Shown here: piece after piece, positions 28,751 through 38,299 of the stretch
Numbering within the stretch: position 1 is the stretch's first letter
Layout: every line of letters starts with the position of its first letter
Assembly (NCBI GenBank): GCA_021818475.1
Contig: JAKADZ010000003.1
Span: 27,988-91,987, forward strand
DNA length: 64,000 nt
DNA from: Nanobdellota archaeon
GTDB taxonomy: Archaea; Nanobdellota; Nanobdellia; Pacearchaeales; GW2011-AR1
Direction: 5' to 3'
Notes under the pieces: generated by a model
What the model was told of the DNA's origin: nothing
Database searches by the model: none
The model's input: only the letters and a program-made list of their open reading frames with translations
Made by a program: the position numbers and the translations under genes

Positions 28751-30397
28751 ATGAAATCAAAATCATTACCTTTGCTCATTTTTGGAGTTTTGGCATTATC
28801 GGTTCTTATGAATTTTGCAAGCGCAGATGTTAGTTTTTCTAACCCCGTGTTTAATTCAAACAACACATTCAGTGTTACTGCAACAAGCACTACATCAACT
28901 AGTGAGACAATAACATCTTTGACTCCCGTTTTAACTGATGCATATGGGACAAATTATACTCCTGTTTTGGCAAATACTCCTAATTTGGTTTTTAATTCAA
29001 CTAATTCAACTCATTTAACTGAAACAATTACTTACTCAATCCCAACAGGATTCATATTTCAATCAACAGGAGGATTGGCTTCTTTTTCATTAACTGGAAC
29101 TGGAACTACTGTAACTCCTTTATCTTATACATTTCAGGATCAGCCACAGCAGGTAACTTCCTGCCAATTGACTGGAAAAAATAATCCTGCAAATAATCTT
29201 GAAGTAAGCATAGACTCAACAAATGTTGTTGACGGATATGGAAGTGATTTAACCTGGTATCCTTTGGATGATATTGAAGCAAAAGTAATTGTAACTAACA
29301 ATGGTCCAGATACTGTAAGAGATATTCAGGTTAGATGGGTTTTATATGACACCACAACAAAGAAAAAAATTATTTCTGGAACTCAGGATACTTTCAGCTT
29401 GAGAGGAGACGGAACTGACAAAACAGTGAATGTTGATTTTAAATTAGATTCAGTCAGCAATTTAAACAGCGGAGATAATTATGTATTCTATGCATGGGCT
29501 ACAGGAGATGATGAAGCTTATGATGGAAATCCCCAGACATGCGCAGCAGGAAATTCAGATAATATTAATGTAAACATCGATTCTCATTTTGTTGTTTTAG
29601 ACTCATTGACAATTCCAAGTTCTGTTAATTGTGGAGGAACAGCTCAGGTAACAGGAACTGCATGGAACATTGGGGAAGACGATGAAAATAATGTTTATCT
29701 TGTGGTGTACAACAGCCAGCTTGGAATAAATCAAAGAGTAAATATCGGAGATATTTCTCAGGAAGACAGCAGAGATTTCTCTTTCACATTAAATGTCCCT
29801 GACGGAACTCCTGTCGGAACTTACTCATTGACTTTGAATCCATATAACGATGACAATGATATTTTTGAAAATGACAATAATGACAAATCAACCTCTCAGT
29901 TGATTTTAAATGTAAATCAAAGCTGCTCAACTGTTCCTCAGGTTTCAGTCGCTGCAAATCTGCAGTCTCAGGCTAAATCAGGGCAGGAGTTAGACGTTGA
30001 AGCGACAATAGTAAATACAGGTTCAGAAACAACTACTTACAATATGGATTTGGATAATTATACAAGTTGGGCTTCATTAATCAGCATGGATAAAACTTCA
30101 GTTACATTAAACGCGGGAGCTTCACAGGATGTTTTAATAAAATTAAAAGTAAATAATGATGCTTCAGGCGACCAGAAATTCAATCTGAATGTCAGAGATG
30201 GAACCAAAGTTTTGGCTCAGCCTATTCTGGTTTCAGTTGAAAAAGGATTTTCATTTGCCGGACTTACAGGATTTGTAACCAATCTTGGCGGGGACAATTG
30301 GTATTTGTGGGGAATTGGAGCATTAAACTTAATCTTAGTTGTAGTTATAATTGCCGTAGCATTGAAAGTTGTAAGGAAAAATAAAAAGAGTGAATAA
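28751..30397 (+). CDS. cell-surface protein with Ig/CARDB-like domains and C-terminal anchor
   Basis: Signal peptide, beta-rich repeats (VTNNG, WNIG, IVNTG), LTGF + TM + basic tail. Confidence 0.8.
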   Translation: MKSKSLPLLIFGVLALSVLMNFASADVSFSNPVFNSNNTFSVTATSTTSTSETITSLTPVLTDAYGTNYTPVLANTPNLVFNSTNSTHLTETITYSIPTGFIFQSTGGLASFSLTGTGTTVTPLSYTFQDQPQQVTSCQLTGKNNPANNLEVSIDSTNVVDGYGSDLTWYPLDDIEAKVIVTNNGPDTVRDIQVRWVLYDTTTKKKIISGTQDTFSLRGDGTDKTVNVDFKLDSVSNLNSGDNYVFYAWATGDDEAYDGNPQTCAAGNSDNINVNIDSHFVVLDSLTIPSSVNCGGTAQVTGTAWNIGEDDENNVYLVVYNSQLGINQRVNIGDISQEDSRDFSFTLNVPDGTPVGTYSLTLNPYNDDNDIFENDNNDKSTSQLILNVNQSCSTVPQVSVAANLQSQAKSGQELDVEATIVNTGSETTTYNMDLDNYTSWASLISMDKTSVTLNAGASQDVLIKLKVNNDASGDQKFNLNVRDGTKVLAQPILVSVEKGFSFAGLTGFVTNLGGDNWYLWGIGALNLILVVVIIAVALKVVRKNKKSE

Positions 30398-30405
30398 GAA
30401 AAGGC

Positions 30406-30729
30406 ATGATTTTTTTAAATAATGTTCTCCGGGATTTTGTTCATAACTTTGTTGTAATAAGAAGCAATTATTTTGAAACAGGTGAAGTGGCAGGTGTAAT
30501 AAAATGCGGAATTAAAATGGATTACTCCAACGGGGAGCATTTTATTTTTGAACCTAATTTAAACGGAAAAGAATCTCTCAGCGCTTCCTACTGGTTTGTA
30601 TCTTATGACAAAAAATTAAATGTCAGACTTTTAACTTCTAAAAAAAATGAGCAGGGGATAATTTCAGGAATCGGCATTCATAATTTTATCCCGTTAAGAT
30701 ATTCTTTATTGAAAGAATTTGGAGAATAA
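30406..30729 (+). CDS. hypothetical protein
   Basis: 107 aa ORF. Confidence 0.5.
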   Translation: MIFLNNVLRDFVHNFVVIRSNYFETGEVAGVIKCGIKMDYSNGEHFIFEPNLNGKESLSASYWFVSYDKKLNVRLLTSKKNEQGIISGIGIHNFIPLRYSLLKEFGE

Positions 30730-31344
30730 TTATTTTCTGAAAATTTTATTATAAACTTTTTCTCCCCATCTGTTTTCTTTTTCAATATTCATCACCAGCA
30801 ATCCGATGATATATCCTATCAGCCCTCCGCTTATTACATCACTGACAAAATGAACTCCGAAATAAACCCTGGAAAATGCAACAAGCACTGCAAAAATAAT
30901 CCAGAATTTTTTAAGTCTTGGAAATTCTTTTGATAATATCGGAACTGCACAGAATGCAATCATGCTTTCAAATGATGGAAATGAAAAATTCCACGTCGAG
31001 AAACCTACTTCCCGAAGAGCGGGAAGCAACGGAACAATTCCCATCTGGAATGGTCTTGGTCTCTGGACTGTTATTTTCAATATAAATGCGACTATTACAG
31101 ATATTGCCAGGGAAGCCCATAACGGAAGTATCCATTTCCTTTTTCTCTCGCTCCATAAAAAAAGAGAAGTAAGAATAAAAGAAAACATTATTTCCGAGCT
31201 TGCAAAAGTTATTCCAAGAAAAAATTCATCAAGAATTGCATTTCTCAGAAAAGAAATATCTTTTATCAGTGCATTATCAAAATAAAGACTTACAAAAATC
31301 GCGGCAATCGTTATTATAACAAAAATTATTCCCTTTTTTTTCAT
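30730..31344 (-). CDS. PAP2-family phosphatase
   Basis: LKITVQRPRP, SFPS, SRVYFGVHFVSDV. Confidence 0.9.
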   Translation of the reverse strand: MKKKGIIFVIITIAAIFVSLYFDNALIKDISFLRNAILDEFFLGITFASSEIMFSFILTSLFLWSERKRKWILPLWASLAISVIVAFILKITVQRPRPFQMGIVPLLPALREVGFSTWNFSFPSFESMIAFCAVPILSKEFPRLKKFWIIFAVLVAFSRVYFGVHFVSDVISGGLIGYIIGLLVMNIEKENRWGEKVYNKIFRK

Positions 31345-31392
31345 ATTTTTATCAACAAGAAATTATTTAAATATGTTTCTCTATTCCTTGAA

Positions 31393-31923
31393 ATGAAAAA
31401 AAGAGACTGGATAGATATTGCATTAAGATACTCTATACTTTTAATTATAGGAATAATTGGTAATCAATTTTTTTATTCAATATTTTCTTATATCACTATT
31501 CAGCCTGTTTTTTTGCTCTTAAGCATTTTTTATAATCCTGCTTTAATCTCGTCGGTGATTGTGATAAACAGCCTTCCTCTCGAGATAATCGGCGCCTGCG
31601 TTGCAGGCTCTGCATATTATCTTCTTTTAATCCTGAATCTGTCAGTTCCAAATATAAAATTTCTGAAAAGAGTTTACATCCTTCTTTTTTCATTTGCATT
31701 ATTATTAATTGTAAACATACTGAGAATTTTTCTGCTTTCAGTTCTTTATGTAAATCAATGGCCGTTCTTTGATATTACTCATGAGCTGTTCTGGTATGCA
31801 GGAAGCATATTATTTGTAGTTGGAATCTGGTTCTTAAGTGTATATCTATTTAAGATAAAAGAGATACCTTTCTATTCAGACATAAAAAATATACTTGGCC
31901 TCAGAAGAAAAAGAAAAAAATAA
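31393..31923 (+). CDS. archaeosortase/exosortase-family protein (pacearchaeosortase-like)
   Basis: Multi-TM; EIIGAC (Cys), VNILRI (Arg), THELFW (His). Confidence 0.8.
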   Translation: MKKRDWIDIALRYSILLIIGIIGNQFFYSIFSYITIQPVFLLLSIFYNPALISSVIVINSLPLEIIGACVAGSAYYLLLILNLSVPNIKFLKRVYILLFSFALLLIVNILRIFLLSVLYVNQWPFFDITHELFWYAGSILFVVGIWFLSVYLFKIKEIPFYSDIKNILGLRRKRKK

Positions 31924-31925
31924 TT

Positions 31926-32678
31926 TTATTTGCTCATAACTGAATTAACATAAGCAAGAGTTTCAACCATAAATTTTTCTGTTGCAGGAAGAATCTCGCA
32001 GTTGTTTACATAAACATCATAGCAGCTTGGACCAAACTGAACAATCTTTGTTTCATTTGCTTCCTGTATATTCAGATACATATATCGCCCCTGCAAATCA
32101 CAGCTTGCATTTTCATCTTTTATCACTTTCACTCCGAGTACGCTGTATAAATTTACTACATTAGCTACTGCAATGACTCCGCTTCCCCCGCAATTTAAGT
32201 TGTTGGTTGTATTCAGAACCATATTCTTTAAAAGAGAAATGCTCCCGTTAAATGCCATTGTATCAAAAGTTCTTGGATCAGTTCTCAGATAAAAATTATA
32301 ATTTGCCAAAGAGCCGTTATAAGTCACAGGAAGCGATGTTTTGTAAAGTGTTTTTCCGACTAAGTCAGTTTTGTCTATTGTAAATTTTACTCCTTTATAT
32401 TCAAAATTATTTTGGGAGACCATTATAAAATAAACTGCAAAAAACATTGCAGCAAGCCCCAAGACAACTGCAAGAATTATCCAGAGTGTTTTTTTCTCTT
32501 TTTTCAGCTGTTCTTTTGAAGCAATATCTTTCTCGCTTTCAATGCCGCAGCTCTTTATCTCCTGTTCTTTTCCATTTCTCTCGACGTCAAAAACTTCGCA
32601 GACTTCTTCCTTAACAACAGGAGTTTTCTCTTTTCTTGCAGCCTTCTTTTTTCCGCTCTCTTTTTTATCTTTAGCCAT
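31926..32678 (-). CDS. single-TM membrane-anchored hypothetical protein
   Basis: Charged N-terminus, TM, FEYKG, Cys pairs. Confidence 0.75.
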   Translation of the reverse strand: MAKDKKESGKKKAARKEKTPVVKEEVCEVFDVERNGKEQEIKSCGIESEKDIASKEQLKKEKKTLWIILAVVLGLAAMFFAVYFIMVSQNNFEYKGVKFTIDKTDLVGKTLYKTSLPVTYNGSLANYNFYLRTDPRTFDTMAFNGSISLLKNMVLNTTNNLNCGGSGVIAVANVVNLYSVLGVKVIKDENASCDLQGRYMYLNIQEANETKIVQFGPSCYDVYVNNCEILPATEKFMVETLAYVNSVMSK

Positions 32679-32709
32679 CTTGTTAAAAATTATTTTTAAT
32701 TTATAAGGT

Positions 32710-33291
32710 TTATTGTATTCCGATTATCTTCAGCAAAAAGCTGTCGCTCATCCGGGAAAGGTTCTCTGCAGGTCCGCTTATGAAGACACAGTTATTCTGC
32801 TGAGTTATTCCTGTCGAACTGTTCTCTCTTATTATAATAAAATTGTCGCTGCAGGTTTTAACAGGGAAATTTCCGCTGCATGGTTCTCCTGCAACACAAG
32901 CATCCTGCACTCTCTCTGCGATTGGATTAAGATAAAATAAATTTCTGTAAATTTCTGTTTCTGCATCTGAACTGTCTGAACTTATGTAAAGCGGTTTTCC
33001 GCTGTAGCTGTCAATTGAGTTTAATGTTGAATTTGTTTTATAAATTTCATAAGGATTGTACTCAAAAGAAAAATTAAGATTTCCCTTGTTCATGTCCCAT
33101 AAATTTGTTGAAGAATCCTGCGTGAATCTGAATCCGTTATAATCCACTGTAACTGTCCCGCTCTGTCCGTTGCTGTTTAATGAATAACCCAGAAGGCTGA
33201 ACACCATTACAAGAATTAAAATCGTTCCGACAAGAAGCTGATTTCTCCTTCTCTTTTTTTCTGCTTTCTCTTTTGAAATTATTTTTCTCAT
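32710..33291 (-). CDS. single-TM membrane-anchored hypothetical protein (similar layout to neighbour)
   Basis: TM then DYNGFRF, Cys-containing C-terminus; start at MRKIIS. Confidence 0.75.
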   Translation of the reverse strand: MRKIISKEKAEKKRRRNQLLVGTILILVMVFSLLGYSLNSNGQSGTVTVDYNGFRFTQDSSTNLWDMNKGNLNFSFEYNPYEIYKTNSTLNSIDSYSGKPLYISSDSSDAETEIYRNLFYLNPIAERVQDACVAGEPCSGNFPVKTCSDNFIIIRENSSTGITQQNNCVFISGPAENLSRMSDSFLLKIIGIQ

Positions 33292-33528
33292 TTGTTTGGC
33301 AAAAACTTCCCCCTTTTTGGCGAACAAACTAAAAATTCTTCCTGAATTTTTTGGCTTCGCTGGGAAAAATTTATTTTTCTCCTGATAAAAGATAGGAAAT
33401 TTGGCTTATAAATTTTTATCTTCATACAGCTCCCTCTTTTATTCTATTTTCTATTCCGCAAAAAATTCTTTTATATTAATTTATTTTCCATCAATTAAAA
33501 ACTTGGCTAAGCCGATTTTGAATTTTTA

Positions 33529-33696
33529 TTAAAGTAAACTTTTTCTTAAATAAATTTTATGGCTGCCGCCAAGAATTAAAAAAAGAAAGAAAGCACAAAT
33601 CAAAGATTTGTACTAACACAAAGATGTTGTGTTAAAGTAAACTTTTTCTTAAAATAATTTTCATGGCTACCGCCAAGAATTAAAAAAAGAAAGAAA
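33529..33696. repeat. about 64-bp direct repeat pair downstream of S-layer gene (duplicated terminator region)
   Basis: 33529-33592 and 33632-33696: TTAAAGTAAACTTTTTCTTAAA..ATGGCTRCCGCCAAGAATTAAAAAAAGAAAGAAA; T-tracts on minus strand. Confidence 0.85.
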
Positions 33697-33723
33697 AAGA
33701 AAAATAAAAAATAAAATCTAGTT

Positions 33724-36399
33724 TTAAGCGCTAGTTGTTGTGCTTGTACTTGTTGTTACAAGTGTAGCTGTTGTTGCAGAAGTACCTTGGTATTTCTTTC
33801 CAACAGTTGTATCCACAGTTTGTGTTCTTAAGTAAGTAGCAGCGTTTACAGTGTCTGCAGCTTCATAACCTGCAACAAGCAATGCAACCTTACCAGTTGT
33901 GTAAGGGCTTGCGAAGCTTTGGATCAAGAATTGTCCTGAACCAATGCCAGTAGCAGTTGTGAAATCAGCACCGCATGCAGCTGAACCTAACAAATTAGCA
34001 GCAACTGAATTTACGCAGCTTCCGCCAACTACGATTAAGTTCTTAGCACTTACTCCGCTAACTTCAGCATCTGTTACAAGAACATCTCCAAGTTGAGTTG
34101 CTCCTGTTGTTGATACCTGGCCAGCTGTTACTGTAGCAGAAACTGCTCCAGCATAAACCTGTGCATAAACTTGTTCACTTGGATAGCTTATTGAAGCTAT
34201 ATACTGATCAGAATCACTTGTATCTATTGTTGCAATACTACCATATAGGTCTGCTTTAGTTGTAAGCTTATTATTGCTATGCAATGTTAAGGCTGAACTA
34301 TTTGCGTAAGTGTCTGCAACTCCAGTAGTAGAAGAACTAACTCCTACTTTAGCTCCTGCACGTTCAGTTGTGATAACCATACCATTATAGTTATTGTTAT
34401 CATCTTTAGCTTCAATGACTTGTACTGCAGGTCCTGTTATCTGTGCTCCTCCTGGTTGGATTGGGGTTATTTGAAGTGCTTCAGAAGTTCCAGTACCAGA
34501 TACATTATAATTAAATTCTCCTGCGTGTAATATAGTAGAAGAACTTGTATCTGCTGTATTAATCAAAACACTATTTACTGTCCAATAACCAGTTGCAGTA
34601 GCATTACTTTCTGCAGAAGCAACAGTATACGTTTGATACTGTCCGTTTCCAAGAGGGAACATCAATCCAGTTACATTACTGGTTGCAATTCCATTCCAAC
34701 TTAGTAAGCTAGGGATTGTAGTAGGTTCCCAAAATGCAACTTTAGCTCCATCTTGAGTCTGTATCGTTGGATACAATATTACATTTCCACTAGCACTATC
34801 TGGATAACCAATACTAACATTCTTTCCAGAAGTTAGTACACTTCCGGCAACTCCTGGTTGTATAGTCAAGCTGTAAGACTTGCCTCCAACAGTTACTGTT
34901 CCAGTTGATGTACCTGCAACGAATGTAGAATCTATTGTGCTTCCTGTAGATTCATCAACAAATTTTACATCTGTATTAGTTGAGGTATTCAAAATACTTT
35001 GAACTTTCAAAAGATATCCTGAATTTTCATTTCCTACAACAACATAGTCTCCTTCATGAAGGAGTTTACCTTCACGAACGCTTATGTTATGTCCGTCATC
35101 GTCATGTACAAGACTGAACCATCCACCTGTTGATGAATTCTTTGCGAATACAGTAGAAATTGGATTTCCATTGTAATCGTTGAAAGCTAATTGTAGCTTG
35201 TCATCACCAGCAGAAGTTACTGCAATATTCTCTCTTGATGAAGAGTTTGCAGGAACATTTAATCCGGCAAAGTTAACTTGCACTGTTCCGAATGCAGGGT
35301 CAACATAAGAACTTCCTGGAAGTATAGCATCATGGTCTGAATCTACTGCATAGTCAGATATTGTAAGTGAAGTTAAGTTTTGTGGAGTTCCTGTCCCAAA
35401 ACTAACCATTGTCCCTTGTACAACATCATTATTGTCCCCAGTTTCGATTGATTGACCATTTATTAAAGTTAACTTATCAGAACCGGCAACAACTGATGCA
35501 GATACTACATTACCTGCCTGGCTTGAGCTTGTTACTGCAATAGTTATGCCCTGTATCTTCTTTGAAGATGCTTCGTTAACTGTTTCAGTTTCGCTTGCTC
35601 CAGTAGAGTCTGTAACTTTTATTGTTGAAGAAGTGCTTGTACCAGAAATTAATTCTACTGTATAAGTCATTCCTCCGATTGTTACAGTTGTTTGTGCATT
35701 AGGACTGCTTGCAGTTGCGCTTGATACATCCTTTGTCAAATCTATTTTCTGTGCGCTCTTTAAAAGAACTAAATCATTTGCATCTGTAGAAGAACTAACA
35801 GTAAAGTCAGTTCCAAATAAATGCAATGTTTGTCCTTCTGAGTTTGCATCAGTGAAATTTACAGCTTTATTGAATGTAGCTGTAAGATTCATCAAAGGAG
35901 CTGAACTTGTTGTGTTCAATAATATCCCATATTGAGGATCATCTGAACTTGTAGGTTGTTGTGCGAAGATTAATCTTGGAGCTTGACCAACAGTTATTGT
36001 TTGTTGTATATTGGCATCAACGTTTCCAGAGAATTCTTCATCTGCCAAAACTGTAGGTAAATCGGTCTTTGTTATAACTGTTTTAACAGTGTTTAACGGA
36101 TCATTTAAGTACAATTTTGTTCCGCCTGTGAACAATGGAGTTGCTTCTCCTGAAACACTTCCAGTTGTTGAAGTAGTGCCTCCAGCCATGTAAGACTGCA
36201 AGTTACTTTGAATGTTTCCAGCCTGAACTACATCAAGTGAAGAAACACCGGCGCCAGTACCATAAACTATTGCTACATCTGCAGCTCCAGATACCACGAA
36301 TGGACTTGGATAATTTGCCGCAGCAGCAACGCCCATAGTCATGCCTACCATCAATGCGCTAGCCGCAATTGCTGATACTTTTTTGAAATTTAATCTCAT
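33724..36399 (-). CDS. S-layer protein
   Basis: MRLNFKKVSAIAASALMVGMT signal, YPSPFV..AIVYG, C-terminal NLIVVGGSCVNSVAA..VAGYEAADT; strong SD GGAGG. Confidence 0.9.
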   Translation of the reverse strand: MRLNFKKVSAIAASALMVGMTMGVAAAANYPSPFVVSGAADVAIVYGTGAGVSSLDVVQAGNIQSNLQSYMAGGTTSTTGSVSGEATPLFTGGTKLYLNDPLNTVKTVITKTDLPTVLADEEFSGNVDANIQQTITVGQAPRLIFAQQPTSSDDPQYGILLNTTSSAPLMNLTATFNKAVNFTDANSEGQTLHLFGTDFTVSSSTDANDLVLLKSAQKIDLTKDVSSATASSPNAQTTVTIGGMTYTVELISGTSTSSTIKVTDSTGASETETVNEASSKKIQGITIAVTSSSQAGNVVSASVVAGSDKLTLINGQSIETGDNNDVVQGTMVSFGTGTPQNLTSLTISDYAVDSDHDAILPGSSYVDPAFGTVQVNFAGLNVPANSSSRENIAVTSAGDDKLQLAFNDYNGNPISTVFAKNSSTGGWFSLVHDDDGHNISVREGKLLHEGDYVVVGNENSGYLLKVQSILNTSTNTDVKFVDESTGSTIDSTFVAGTSTGTVTVGGKSYSLTIQPGVAGSVLTSGKNVSIGYPDSASGNVILYPTIQTQDGAKVAFWEPTTIPSLLSWNGIATSNVTGLMFPLGNGQYQTYTVASAESNATATGYWTVNSVLINTADTSSSTILHAGEFNYNVSGTGTSEALQITPIQPGGAQITGPAVQVIEAKDDNNNYNGMVITTERAGAKVGVSSSTTGVADTYANSSALTLHSNNKLTTKADLYGSIATIDTSDSDQYIASISYPSEQVYAQVYAGAVSATVTAGQVSTTGATQLGDVLVTDAEVSGVSAKNLIVVGGSCVNSVAANLLGSAACGADFTTATGIGSGQFLIQSFASPYTTGKVALLVAGYEAADTVNAATYLRTQTVDTTVGKKYQGTSATTATLVTTSTSTTTSA

Positions 36400-36565
36400 C
36401 TTTTTTAACCTCCTTTCAACTCTTTTTAACATGTTGTCTATGACAACCATCGTCTCAACGTGATATATAGGGTAATATCCTGTTGAGATGAACATTAATT
36501 TTCTAACACCCTATTAGAACACCCTTGCGAGTGTTATAGACAAAAATCCGTTTTGCTTTAAAAAA
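36400..36565 (-). promoter_or_regulatory. S-layer promoter and structured 5' leader
   Basis: TTTTTAAA box near 36557-36564, hairpins AACACTC-GCAA-GGGTGTT, TCTCAAC..GTTGAGA, GTTGTC-ATA-GACAAC, SD at 36407-36413. Confidence 0.6.
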
Positions 36566-36777
36566 CTTATTATGGCTCTTTATCATTCCTACATGAAAAT
36601 GTGGTTTTTTAGCCATTTTATTTATAAGGGTGATGGTATCACTTAATTATGATTACACTTTCAGGCAGCCGCCTGAAAGAAATATTTATTAATTCAACCT
36701 CTGTCTATATAATATATTCAAATAAAAACATATATGTTAAATATATAATAACCTAAATATATAAATAAAAATACCAT

Positions 36778-37128
36778 ATGTCACAGACAACACGGGAAAT
36801 CACCCTTAAGGAATCAAAAGGAACATTTTCAATATTCAGGAAATCGTCGTCAAATAAAGAAAATTATGATTTTTCAGGGATTTCCGCATTAAGACAGCTT
36901 CTAAGCAACGAAAAGGCAAGAATACTTGATGTAATAAAAAATGAAAATCCTTCTTCATTATACCTTCTGTCTAAAAGGCTTGGGAGAGATTTCAAATCTG
37001 TCCACGAAGATGTAAAATTGCTAGAAAGATTTGGATTTTTGGAGCTTGTAGAGGAAAAAACAAAGAACAGAATAAGGCATAAACCAAGGCTTATTTCAGA
37101 TTCTATAACTATTCACATAAAACTTTAA
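36778..37128 (+). CDS. winged-HTH transcriptional regulator
   Basis: ILDVIKNENPSSLYLLSKRLGRDFKSVHEDVKLLERFGFL. Confidence 0.85.
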   Translation: MSQTTREITLKESKGTFSIFRKSSSNKENYDFSGISALRQLLSNEKARILDVIKNENPSSLYLLSKRLGRDFKSVHEDVKLLERFGFLELVEEKTKNRIRHKPRLISDSITIHIKL

Positions 37129-37712
37129 CTGTAAACAGTCAGAGAAACCTCATAATCCTGCCCGCTTCTTGCAAAATCCTGGAATCCTCCCTGATATTCT
37201 GCAGTTTTATTCCCCTTATCAATAGTAAGCTTGTCCTGTCCGTCAGCACTCACTTTCAGCTCATATCCCTTTATCGCGCTTTGATTCCCCGCATTCCACG
37301 AGTTTTCAACTATTCCCGCAAACGTCGAATTAAGAACATCACAGCTTGCCCTTCCGTCAATACAGCTTTCTCCGCTATTGCATGATATAATCAAATCCTG
37401 CAGGTTAAGAAATTGGATTTCATTCTCGCAGTCAGTGGTGTATTGGAGTGAAGCCTGAATAAAACTGTCAATCTGGTAACTTTCAGTTGTTCCTTTGGTT
37501 GGGCTTTTTATTAAAAAACTAAGCAAAATCAGCAATCCTACTGACACAATGATCGCAATAAGCGCAAATCCAACCATTTCCTCTTGCCCCGAGCGATTTC
37601 GCGGAGTTAAGGTCAGTGATTTGGAAGCGAGGTCGGGAGTTGTTTTGTTGCGGTACAAATGAAAAAAATTTCCTGTTTTTTGCTTCTGCCCTTTATTATT
37701 TAATCTTATCAT
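37125..37712 (-). CDS. pilin-like protein, class III signal peptide
   Basis: RSG|QEEMVGFALIAIIV; leader extended by a repeat A copy. Confidence 0.75.
   Translation of the reverse strand: MIRLNNKGQKQKTGNFFHLYRNKTTPDLASKSLTLTPRNRSGQEEMVGFALIAIIVSVGLLILLSFLIKSPTKGTTESYQIDSFIQASLQYTTDCENEIQFLNLQDLIISCNSGESCIDGRASCDVLNSTFAGIVENSWNAGNQSAIKGYELKVSADGQDKLTIDKGNKTAEYQGGFQDFARSGQDYEVSLTVYS
37589..37641 (+). repeat. structured repeat family A (subtype A') copy 4, in-frame in prepilin leader
   Basis: CC-GA-GCGATTTCGC..GCGAGGTCGG-GA; encodes PDLASKSLTLTPRNRS on minus strand. Confidence 0.85.
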
Positions 37713-38299
37713 GTTGTGGTTTTATCCTCTGATGCTACGAGAAGCATCGCAAGTTCGCATTTATCATAAACAATTTTCCCGTCAGTTTCTTTTCTGCACA
37801 GGGAAATATAATTTGAACTGTAAGGAAGTATTTTCACATTTTGGTCCAAAATTTTTATATCTCCGCAGTCAGGATAATTATTTGCGTCGCATATTTTATT
37901 ATTTCCTGCAGGATAAATTACCCTTATCTCTATTTTTGCAACTCCCCAGAAATTTGAGTAATCTGAATTATTTTTTAAGGCCATCACTTTGTCAAAATCG
38001 ACACAGTCTGTCGCGCTGCTTCCAAAAGAATTTCCGCATGAAAATTCAGGGGAATTTGCAAGTTTTGATACGAGGAGCATAGAACTTTCTTCTGCAATAT
38101 TAACTGCGCTTTTCTTGACATTCGAGAGAAGTATTGAAAGGAAAAAAAGCCCGACGAGAACAAAGAGAATTGTGACTGCTATAATCATAAATATTGTCTG
38201 CTGAATTTTAATCTGCCCGGATTTGTTTTTAGCAGGCGTGACCACACTTTTAAATGGAAAATCCCACGAAGAAAATCTGTGAGGTGTCGTCGCTACCAT
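37709..38299 (-). CDS. pilin-like protein, class III signal peptide
   Basis: KSG|QIKIQQTIFMIIAV; ATG overlaps upstream stop; leader contains repeat B. Confidence 0.75.
   Translation of the reverse strand: MVATTPHRFSSWDFPFKSVVTPAKNKSGQIKIQQTIFMIIAVTILFVLVGLFFLSILLSNVKKSAVNIAEESSMLLVSKLANSPEFSCGNSFGSSATDCVDFDKVMALKNNSDYSNFWGVAKIEIRVIYPAGNNKICDANNYPDCGDIKILDQNVKILPYSSNYISLCRKETDGKIVYDKCELAMLLVASEDKTTT
38233..38293 (+). repeat. short repeat family B copy 3, in-frame in prepilin leader
   Basis: CAGGCGTGACCACACTTTTAAATGGAAAATCCCACGAAGAAAATCTGTGAGGTGTCGTCGC. Confidence 0.75.

Noticed and set aside
33529-33696. Possible CRISPR mini-array (repeat, 39-bp spacer, repeat)
   Set aside because: Only two imperfect repeats of about 64 bp, too long for CRISPR, and no cas genes in the window
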